A stretch of 33,067 nucleotides of DNA, taken from a virus (lineage: Duplodnaviria; Caudoviricetes). Below are positions 11,784 through 18,144 of the stretch, in pieces (position 1 is the stretch's first letter; the number at the start of each line of letters is the position of its first letter). A program made the translations under genes and the position numbers. Under the pieces are notes generated by a model that searched no databases, was not told where the DNA came from, and saw only the letters and a program-made list of their open reading frames with translations. The DNA is taken from IMG/VR virus record IMGVR_UViG_3300016484_000738, positions 1-33,067 of that record, one strand, 5' to 3'.

Positions 11784-12490
11784 TCATGCTCTCGCAACGC
11801 TCGCACGCAGCTCTCACCGGCGTGCACCCTGACCTAGCCCGCGTGATCGAGGCCGCCAGCCACGGCGCCCGCTTCCATGTGACCGAGGGCCTGCGCTCGA
11901 TCGATCGGCAGCACCAGCTACTGGCCGCCGGCAAATCGACAACGATGAAGTCGCGGCACCTGACCGGGCACGCCGTCGACCTGGTCGCGGTGACGGCCGC
12001 CGGCGCCGTTTCATACGCCGACGCCGATATGCGCGCGCTGGCGGCAGTCGTGAAGCGGGCGGCGCAATCGCTGGGCGTCCCGATCGAGTGGGGCGGCGAC
12101 TGGAAACAATTCTGCGACACGCCGCATTTCCAGCTGCCGCACCGGATCTATCCGACCGCAGAGCCGGCCGACGTCACCGGTTCGCCCTGGCAGCAGCAGG
12201 TGACACCGGAGCAATCGCCGCCCGACCAGGCGCCGAGCGCTGGGCCGCCGGCGCAGGGTAAGACCGGCATCACCGAAGTCGCCGGCGTTCTGACGGCCGG
12301 CTCGCCGGTGCCCATGGTGACCGAGGCCGCCGGTTCCATGTCGCGGCTCAATGCCAAGGGCAAGGCCTGGCAGATCGTCGACCTGGTGCTCGATCTGCTG
12401 ACGTCGCCCGTGTTCGTCACGGCCTGCATCACCGCCGCCGGCGGCGCCTACATTTTGTTGAAACGCCGCGCACAAAAGAGAGTGCCTTGA
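11780..12490 (+). CDS. Endolysin, M15-family Zn peptidase with C-terminal hydrophobic tail
   Basis: EGLRS..RQ, SRHLTGHAVD, WGGDW..DTPHFQ motifs; alternative start ATG 11786. Confidence 0.9.
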   Translation: MIMLSQRSHAALTGVHPDLARVIEAASHGARFHVTEGLRSIDRQHQLLAAGKSTTMKSRHLTGHAVDLVAVTAAGAVSYADADMRALAAVVKRAAQSLGVPIEWGGDWKQFCDTPHFQLPHRIYPTAEPADVTGSPWQQQVTPEQSPPDQAPSAGPPAQGKTGITEVAGVLTAGSPVPMVTEAAGSMSRLNAKGKAWQIVDLVLDLLTSPVFVTACITAAGGAYILLKRRAQKRVP

Positions 12491-12491
12491 C

Positions 12492-12926
12492 ATGCTGCCA
12501 GCATTCCTCGTGCCGCTCCTCGACAGGCTCGCGCTCGGCCAGGCGGTCGCGCGCGTCAAGAGCCTGGCGACGGGCCCGGTCGTCGTCTCGATCGCGATCG
12601 CGACCGTCGTCGTGACGCTCGCGATCTGCGCGGCGTGGCTCCGATCCGACGCGCGTCGCGATGCGGCGATCGCGTGCGATCTGCGCGAGCATAAGCGACA
12701 GATCGCGGCGGCGCTCACGCGAGAAACGGCGCTGATGCGTGCGGGCAACGAGAAAGACATCGAACTATTGCGCCGCGCGAAGCAGGCGCGCGACGCGGAA
12801 TCCGAACAACAGCGCATCAGCGCGGAAATGGAGGCGCTACGTGAAAAAAGCAAACTTGAAGCGGCTGGCCGTGGGTGTGTGCCTGCTGACGACGAGTGGC
12901 TGCGCGGGCGATCCAAAGCCCGTTGA
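12492..12926 (+). CDS. Inner-membrane spanin (Rz-like)
   Basis: TM segment VVVSIAIATVVVTLAICAAWL, then coiled coil and a C-terminal Cys; overlaps a lipoprotein gene. Confidence 0.7.
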   Translation: MLPAFLVPLLDRLALGQAVARVKSLATGPVVVSIAIATVVVTLAICAAWLRSDARRDAAIACDLREHKRQIAAALTRETALMRAGNEKDIELLRRAKQARDAESEQQRISAEMEALREKSKLEAAGRGCVPADDEWLRGRSKAR

Positions 12927-13236
12927 GCTCGCCGCGCCCGTCGTCGTCGATCTCGCGGCAGCGCGCTGCCCGCCGCTCGATCCCGCGACCGCTGCAGCGT
13001 TCGGCGCGCGTGTTGCGCGGCCCGCTGCCGATCTCACCGATGCCAACGGCCGGCGCTGGGTCTCGGCCGAGGCGATGCGATCCGGCATCGACGCGCGAGA
13101 TCTGTTGATCGAGCGCATGAGTCGCACGGGTCTCTCGCTCGCCGACAGTTATGAGCGATGCCGCGGCACACCGCCGCCGGCGCCGCAACCGCAACCGCCG
13201 CCCCGACCTCGCGCCATAGCAGCAGCGACACCATGA
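12841..13236 (+). CDS. Outer-membrane spanin lipoprotein (Rz1-like)
   Basis: GGAGG at 12830, GTG 12841; signal peptide KKANLKRLAVGVCLLTTSG-C; Pro-rich mature part; overlaps the i-spanin 3' end. Confidence 0.7.
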   Translation: MKKANLKRLAVGVCLLTTSGCAGDPKPVELAAPVVVDLAAARCPPLDPATAAAFGARVARPAADLTDANGRRWVSAEAMRSGIDARDLLIERMSRTGLSLADSYERCRGTPPPAPQPQPPPRPRAIAAATP

Positions 13237-13263
13237 GCCGCACAATCCCGATCGAGCATCGCT

Positions 13264-13707
13264 ATGCAGCACCGCCCCGGCTCCAATCCCTGGCCGGTCG
13301 AGCACGACCTGCACCCGTCGACACCGCCGTCGGGCGAGCGCCTGGCGAGGCTCGAGGTCGTGACCCAGCACCTGACGGAACACCAGCGCGCGCAGTCGAT
13401 GCGGGTCGAGCACCAGGCCGAGGGACTCAGCCGGGCATTCCAGCGGATCGGCCTGGTCGAGACGACGATCGGACCGATGCGCGAGACTGTGGCGCGTCTC
13501 TCCGATCTGCCCGAGAGGCTACGGCGGCAGGAGGAGCTCGCCGAGGACAAGCGGCGATCGAAGCAAGAGCAGCGCGAGCTGCGCCGGGAAGCCATGGCGA
13601 CGGTTCAGTGGCTGCTGTTCCTGGCGTTGATCGTGGGCTCGATCCTCGGTCGCGTGCCGGCCGACGTATTGAAGGCGGCCGGCCCTGCTTTGGGGTTCGG
13701 CAAATGA
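13264..13707 (+). CDS. Membrane protein, possible holin
   Basis: ERLARLE coiled coil plus C-terminal TM segment; in lysis cassette. Confidence 0.5.
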   Translation: MQHRPGSNPWPVEHDLHPSTPPSGERLARLEVVTQHLTEHQRAQSMRVEHQAEGLSRAFQRIGLVETTIGPMRETVARLSDLPERLRRQEELAEDKRRSKQEQRELRREAMATVQWLLFLALIVGSILGRVPADVLKAAGPALGFGK

Positions 13708-13817
13708 TGATGCTCGCGCGCCTGGCGCGCGCGTGGCGTCTGCCCACCGGCTGGATCCCGACGGCGGCGCTCGGCGCCGCAATCGTCGCCGCCCTTGCCG
13801 CCGCTCTGGCGCAGTGA
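13704..13817 (+). CDS. Small hydrophobic protein (37 aa)
   Basis: ATGA/GTGA coupling at both ends; one TM-like segment. Confidence 0.45.
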   Translation: MMMLARLARAWRLPTGWIPTAALGAAIVAALAAALAQ

Positions 13818-14044
13818 CAACGCCCGCAATTCCTCTCGACGATCCGCCGCCGTTCGCCTGCGGCGGCGTTCTGTTCTCGTGTTACCGGCTCGACGCTGGC
13901 GGTTATGTCTGGCGCTCGCCCGACGGCCGCATTGCGTGCGGGCGATGGCTTGGTCGCTACGTCGTCAAACTCGACGGGCGACTGATCGGCGAGGGGCGCA
14001 CATTGCGCGAGGTCATGAGGCTCGGCGTTCTTCGCCTCGCCTGA
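13814..14044 (+). CDS. Hypothetical protein
   Basis: GTG coupled to previous stop; ends just before a hairpin. Confidence 0.55.
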   Translation: MTTPAIPLDDPPPFACGGVLFSCYRLDAGGYVWRSPDGRIACGRWLGRYVVKLDGRLIGEGRTLREVMRLGVLRLA

Positions 14045-14065
14045 CGAGCGTCGGCTGCCTCAAAT

Positions 14066-14099
14066 GACAACGGCCCAGCGGATGCGCTGGGCCGTTGTC
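14066..14099. terminator. Hairpin between convergent operons
   Basis: Perfect 15-bp stem GACAACGGCCCAGCG/CGCTGGGCCGTTGTC, loop GATG. Confidence 0.75.
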
Positions 14100-14122
14100 G
14101 GTTGAGTGGTGGGCAACTCCTG

Positions 14123-14374
14123 TTAGGTGGCGGGCTCGTACGTCGCGGCGAAAATGTCGGGCTTGCAGGGATACAATTCACCCTTCACGCCTCGAATGAT
14201 CCAGTCGCCAGGGACGGCCTGCATTGTGCCCTCCAGGGTCTGGATCAGCATTGTGCCGTCTTCGGGATAGCGCACGCGCCCGGCGATCACGTCGTCGGCA
14301 AACGCGCCGTCCTGCTCGCCCGCGCGGAACTGCACGGCTTCGATCACAACAGGCTTCTTTCGATACTTCGGCAT
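14123..14374 (-). CDS. Widespread small phage protein (KKPV..TLEG..PGDWII..YPCKPDIF family), function unknown
   Basis: Recognisable conserved motif; CAGGAG RBS. Confidence 0.85.
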   Translation of the reverse strand: MPKYRKKPVVIEAVQFRAGEQDGAFADDVIAGRVRYPEDGTMLIQTLEGTMQAVPGDWIIRGVKGELYPCKPDIFAATYEPAT

Positions 14375-14391
14375 GTGGTGGGGATCTCCTG

Positions 14392-14559
14392 TTAGTTTAT
14401 AAGGACGGTGTATCGGTCAGCGCCAACAACTATTGCCCTGCGTTCAGCCCACTCTTCGGCGGCCTGTCGCGTCGCGAACTTCGCAGCCGTGCCGCCGCGA
14501 CCTTTGACGGTCACAACCCAATCGCCAGAAATCGTCTCGAACACGTAGACCTGCGGCAT
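14392..14559 (-). CDS. 55-aa hypothetical protein, copy 2
   Basis: MPQVYVFETISGDWVVTVKG..; near-identical paralogue at 14836-15003. Confidence 0.75.
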   Translation of the reverse strand: MPQVYVFETISGDWVVTVKGRGGTAAKFATRQAAEEWAERRAIVVGADRYTVLIN

Positions 14560-14578
14560 CGTGGGGCTTCCCTTCCTA

Positions 14579-14821
14579 TCAAACGGACGCGGCGAGGCGC
14601 GCAAGCAAGCGCACGTCGTCCGCGAAATCGATCAGCCCACGCTCGCCGAGCGCATCAGCTATCGCCTTTGCCTCAAGCTGGACACGGGCCAGACACTCGC
14701 CTCGTGCGACGTAGCCTTGCCGCGCGCTATCAACATCGTTTTGCAGCGCCTTGATGGTGGCGTCTCGCCTATCAAGCGCTGCGTGGTACTCGGCCTGACT
14801 GACGCGCCCGAGGTGATCCAT
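14579..14821 (-). CDS. 80-aa helical hypothetical protein
   Basis: CAGGAG RBS; fills the gap between the two duplicated genes. Confidence 0.7.
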   Translation of the reverse strand: MDHLGRVSQAEYHAALDRRDATIKALQNDVDSARQGYVARGECLARVQLEAKAIADALGERGLIDFADDVRLLARLAASV

Positions 14822-14835
14822 GTGGCGATCTCCTG

Positions 14836-15003
14836 CTAGTTCGTGAGGACGGTGTATCGGTCAGCGCCGACAACTATTGCTCTGCGTTCGGCCCATTCTT
14901 CGGCGGCCTGCCGCGTCGGAAATTTAGCGGGTGCGCCGCCGCGACCTTTGACGGTCACAACCCAATCGCCGGAGATTGTCTCAAACACGTAGACCTTCGG
15001 CAT
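14836..15003 (-). CDS. 55-aa hypothetical protein, copy 1 (absent from the ORF track)
   Basis: MPKVYVFETISGDWVVTVKGRGGAPAKFPTRQAAEEWAERRAIVVGADRYTVLTN; many differences from copy 2 are synonymous. Confidence 0.75.
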   Translation of the reverse strand: MPKVYVFETISGDWVVTVKGRGGAPAKFPTRQAAEEWAERRAIVVGADRYTVLTN

Positions 15004-15058
15004 CGCGCGGGCGGTCCTGTTGCTGGGCGGCGAACGCCGCTTCTCTCATCTGTGGAGC

Positions 15059-15088
15059 ACTATACATTGGGCTTGCAGCTTTCGTCAA
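15059..15088 (-). promoter_or_regulatory. Sigma70-like promoter for the leftward island genes
   Basis: Minus strand TTGACG-N18-TATAGT. Confidence 0.65.
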
Positions 15089-15108
15089 GCTGTGAGAAAC
15101 TTTTGCAC

Positions 15109-15987
15109 ATGAAAGCTGTTGACGCAAATAGGGGTTGGGTGCGCGGGTCTCGCCGAGCACCGCTTCGCGCCCAAATCAAACTGCTCCGCGCGGCAGGCGT
15201 CGAGACGATTTACAATGCCGAAGAGCAGACGGTTGACTCTCTGGTGCGCGCACTTCGATTGGGCGACGAGGTCAAAGTGACAACGCTTGCACGCCTCGCG
15301 AAGCACCGTCGCGATCTCGGCCGCATCGTCGATGCGATCCACGATAAGGGTGCCGTCGTCGTCGAAGTGGTCTCCGGCCGGCGCAGCGACAATGCGCGCG
15401 ACCACGCCAAGATGATCTTTGATGCCGTCGACGAAATAGCCAGCGACGGGCGCGGGCTTCCGTCCGAGGTTGCGAAGACGTTCGGCAAGATGGGTGCAGC
15501 CGCACGGGCTGCAACTCTGGAAGCAGCCAGGATGCCCCGGCACGAGGCAGAAAAGCATTGGTTCGACGCGAGGAACGCCACCACTGGCGATGCGCTGGCC
15601 AAAATGCCGGGATGGGCACTGCCTGCCGCATACAAGTATTTTGGCCCTCGCAAACTCGGTGCCGGTCGCCCCCGTCGCACAGCCATTGCGGAGCGTCCAG
15701 GAGATGCGCCTCGGCTGGTTGCGGGCTCTGTCTATTTCCTTCTCTGCTCCGACAACCGTGTCAAGATCGGCACAACGACGAACATCAAGCACCGCATGAG
15801 CGGCATTCAGAACGGCCAGAGCGACGAGGTGAAGTTGCTCGTTGAAATTCAGGGCAGCTACGAGACAGAAAAAGCTCTGCATCAGCAGTTCAAGCGCTAC
15901 CGAATTCGTGGCGAATGGTTCAGGTATGAAGGAAAGTTGAAAACCTACGTCGGCAACCTCATGAAGAAGAAGCCGACAGCAACATGA
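15109..15987 (+). CDS. Serine recombinase (resolvase)-like domain fused to a C-terminal GIY-YIG/T5orf172-like domain
   Basis: GWVRGS..Q..L..G...LRLGD.V.V..LARL..DL..IV resembles the resolvase catalytic domain; VYFL..VKIGTT..R..E..LH..F..RIRGEWF is the T5orf172/MUG113 signature. Confidence 0.7.
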   Translation: MKAVDANRGWVRGSRRAPLRAQIKLLRAAGVETIYNAEEQTVDSLVRALRLGDEVKVTTLARLAKHRRDLGRIVDAIHDKGAVVVEVVSGRRSDNARDHAKMIFDAVDEIASDGRGLPSEVAKTFGKMGAAARAATLEAARMPRHEAEKHWFDARNATTGDALAKMPGWALPAAYKYFGPRKLGAGRPRRTAIAERPGDAPRLVAGSVYFLLCSDNRVKIGTTTNIKHRMSGIQNGQSDEVKLLVEIQGSYETEKALHQQFKRYRIRGEWFRYEGKLKTYVGNLMKKKPTAT

Positions 15988-15988
15988 T

Positions 15989-16018
15989 GGAGACCACCAA
16001 TGAGCGAAGGCGATCAGT
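15989..16018 (+). repeat. 30-bp direct repeat, copy 1 (RBS + first 6 codons)
   Basis: GGAGACCACCAATGAGCGAAGGCGATCAGT identical to 16816-16845. Confidence 0.95.
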
Positions 16019-16413
16019 ACATCGGACGCACACTCGAAAGCATGAAAGACGAGTTCAACCCATCGATGACGTTCCAGCGGTTCAGCGCGATCAACAACGC
16101 GCGCTGCCGCGACGGCTTCAAGCACGATCCGGCGACGTGGTCGGCATCCGATTGGATGGTCGCCACCATGGGTGAGCTTGGCGAGGCCGCGAACGTCCTG
16201 AAGAAGCTGAACCGTGAGCGCGACGGCATCAAGGGCAACACGGCGACTGCGCAAGTGCTCAAAGAAAAGTTGGCGAGCGAGTTGGCTGACACGTTCATTT
16301 ATCTCGACCTGATGTCGCAAGCGCTCGGCATCGACCTCGAAAGCGCGGTGCGCCGGACGTTCGACGCCAAGTCGCGCGAGATCGGCTATCCCCACATGAT
16401 CGACCGTCAATAA
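16000..16413 (+). CDS. MazG-like nucleotide pyrophosphohydrolase 1
   Basis: GELGEAANVLKK..ELADTFIYLDL..GIDLE (EXXE..EXXD). Confidence 0.85.
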   Translation: MSEGDQYIGRTLESMKDEFNPSMTFQRFSAINNARCRDGFKHDPATWSASDWMVATMGELGEAANVLKKLNRERDGIKGNTATAQVLKEKLASELADTFIYLDLMSQALGIDLESAVRRTFDAKSREIGYPHMIDRQ

Positions 16414-16429
16414 GCAGGAGACTTTCACG

Positions 16430-16816
16430 ATGGGTTACATGACAGATGGCGTCACGTTCAACGTGCTGCGCGGCGCGAACAAGCGTCGGCAGCAAGAGTG
16501 GCCGGGCAACGAGAAGGCCGACGTGGCATTCCGTGCGATCGAAGTTGCCGGCGAAGCTGGCGAGGTCGCCGAGGCCGTCAAGAAGCTCTTGCGCGCCGAA
16601 CGCGGCATCAAGGGCAGCACCGCGACGAAAGACGACGTTGCAGACGAGATGGGCGACTTGCTCGTGTCTCTCGATCTGTTGGCCGAAGCGCTCGGCATCG
16701 ACCTTGGCCGCGCCGTCGAACGCAAGTTCAACCGCACGTCGGACAAGTACGGCATGCGCACATACATCGACGGCGGCGACTGGCATCTGAAGCCTGTCGA
16801 AGCCCTCAAGCAGTAG
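16430..16816 (+). CDS. MazG-like nucleotide pyrophosphohydrolase 2
   Basis: GEAGEVAEAVKK..DEMGDLLVSLDL..GIDL..KFN. Confidence 0.85.
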   Translation: MGYMTDGVTFNVLRGANKRRQQEWPGNEKADVAFRAIEVAGEAGEVAEAVKKLLRAERGIKGSTATKDDVADEMGDLLVSLDLLAEALGIDLGRAVERKFNRTSDKYGMRTYIDGGDWHLKPVEALKQ

Positions 16817-16845
16817 GAGACCACCAATGAGCGAAGGCGATCAGT
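16816..16845 (+). repeat. 30-bp direct repeat, copy 2
   Basis: Identical to 15989-16018. Confidence 0.95.
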
Positions 16846-17138
16846 CATTTGATGCATCGGCAGCGATCGAGGATCGAGCGATGGCGTTTCTTGACGCCTA
16901 CATCGAAGCGCCAGCGGACGCCGAACTTGGCATCATGTCCGGTCGCTCTGAGGACGGCCGCCCCGCCATGGTGATCCGGCTTTGCGGCGAGCTTCACGGC
17001 TTCACGATCGATGAGGCCCGCATGGTTGCCGACATTGCGCAGACGTGCGTGGACAAGTTTCCGAACAACGCGGGACCATGGCGCAACCTTGTTGCCGGAC
17101 TTCGCGAGGCCGCCGACAGATGCGACCGGAAGAATTGA
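16827..17138 (+). CDS. Hypothetical protein
   Basis: AGGAG RBS; starts MSEGDQ like the 16000 ORF but is otherwise unrelated. Confidence 0.7.
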   Translation: MSEGDQSFDASAAIEDRAMAFLDAYIEAPADAELGIMSGRSEDGRPAMVIRLCGELHGFTIDEARMVADIAQTCVDKFPNNAGPWRNLVAGLREAADRCDRKN

Positions 17139-17142
17139 CGCC

Positions 17143-17304
17143 ATGACCAGCTATCAGTTCCGCATCGATGGCCAGCCGGCCGGGCCATGGCGGCGAACGT
17201 GGCGTGAGGCTGCGCAAGACGCTGTTGATGCTGGACACGCAGCTTGGTGGCGATCGGGGATTGAGATTACCGGCCAAGGCTCGATATTTTGGATTTCGAT
17301 CTAG
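17143..17304 (+). CDS. Small hypothetical protein (MTSYQFRIDG..)
   Basis: Packs between neighbours in the operon. Confidence 0.5.
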   Translation: MTSYQFRIDGQPAGPWRRTWREAAQDAVDAGHAAWWRSGIEITGQGSIFWISI

Positions 17305-17324
17305 CAAGGCATAGGAGCGACGTC

Positions 17325-17537
17325 ATGCTTGAGTTGTGGCGACTGGCGCATTTTTTGTCCGGGGCCGACTACGTGCATCTGGAAAACTCGGCCACGCAGA
17401 TCATACGGCGCGTGCGCTACACAGATCACGGGCGGCCTTACGTTCGGTACTACGGACACAACCTAGTGTGGCTGGACAGACCCACCAACTGGATCGTCAC
17501 GCTGTTGACAACACGAGAATTGAGCAAACCTCGCTAG
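17325..17537 (+). CDS. Small hypothetical protein (MLELWRL..)
   Basis: TAGGAG RBS at 17312. Confidence 0.6.
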   Translation: MLELWRLAHFLSGADYVHLENSATQIIRRVRYTDHGRPYVRYYGHNLVWLDRPTNWIVTLLTTRELSKPR

Positions 17538-17551
17538 GAGCGGGACGTGAC

Positions 17552-17737
17552 ATGCGGTGCACCTGTTGTCGAGATCATCGAGTGGTGCTCGACGCCACCG
17601 GCACGTCGCGTCCGTGCTCGCGCTGCAACGATGTCGAGTGCCTCAAATGGTGCGCATCGCGTGTACCGGTACGCGTGGAACCGGTGCGGGCGGAAGGGGC
17701 AGTTGTGTCGCCTGCTCGCGCGCGGAACGATGAATAG
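17552..17737 (+). CDS. Small Cys-rich (CxCC..CxxC) protein
   Basis: TAGGAG RBS at 17535; zinc-finger-like Cys spacing; overlaps next ORF. Confidence 0.4.
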   Translation: MRCTCCRDHRVVLDATGTSRPCSRCNDVECLKWCASRVPVRVEPVRAEGAVVSPARARNDE

Positions 17738-17807
17738 CTGCCTGCTCGAATTCGAGGACGGGTGGCGGATGGTAACTAGCCGCAACGCTTTGCGGCGTAC
17801 AAGCTAG
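17661..17807 (+). CDS. Small phage protein (RKGQ.C..LARG.MNSCL.EFEDG..VTSRNALRR); start uncertain
   Basis: Resembles a recurring small phage hypothetical; frame open from 17547. Confidence 0.5.
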   Translation: MYRYAWNRCGRKGQLCRLLARGTMNSCLLEFEDGWRMVTSRNALRRTS

Positions 17808-17828
17808 AGCGATAAGGGAGGGTCGACG

Positions 17829-18032
17829 ATGCCGATGACGAACGTGGTCTTGGTGTCTGACGATGGTATGGACTACGAGATCGAGGCAATCGCGCGCCTC
17901 GATGGCTCGATACGGATGCACTGTCACGACAGCCACGGCGCAGTTGCGTACATCCCCGTCATGACACCGGAAGAAGCGCGAAGGGTGGCCGCGAGTCTGA
18001 CAGCCGCTGCCGATTTCGCCGACACGAAATAA
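17829..18032 (+). CDS. Small hypothetical protein
   Basis: GGGAGG RBS; last gene before hairpin. Confidence 0.65.
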   Translation: MPMTNVVLVSDDGMDYEIEAIARLDGSIRMHCHDSHGAVAYIPVMTPEEARRVAASLTAAADFADTK

Positions 18033-18084
18033 GGTCAACCCAAGGAAGGAGCGCGCTGGGTTGAGTGCGGCAACGATTGACAGC

Positions 18085-18127
18085 AAACGACGAGGGCCCG
18101 GTGCGATGCGCCGGGCCCTCGTCGTTT
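18085..18127. terminator. Bidirectional terminator-like hairpin
   Basis: 17-bp stem AAACGACGAGGGCCCGG/CCGGGCCCTCGTCGTTT between convergent genes. Confidence 0.8.
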
Positions 18128-18144
18128 CGGAATCGCGCTACCGT

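Noticed and set aside
14123-14374. Assignment to a named anti-defence sponge family (Acb/Tad)
   Set aside because: The sequence does not match the motifs I recall for those families; left as unknown function
14372-15004. Diversity-generating retroelement TR/VR pair
   Set aside because: No reverse transcriptase in the window; mismatches are not adenine-specific and both copies are intact genes
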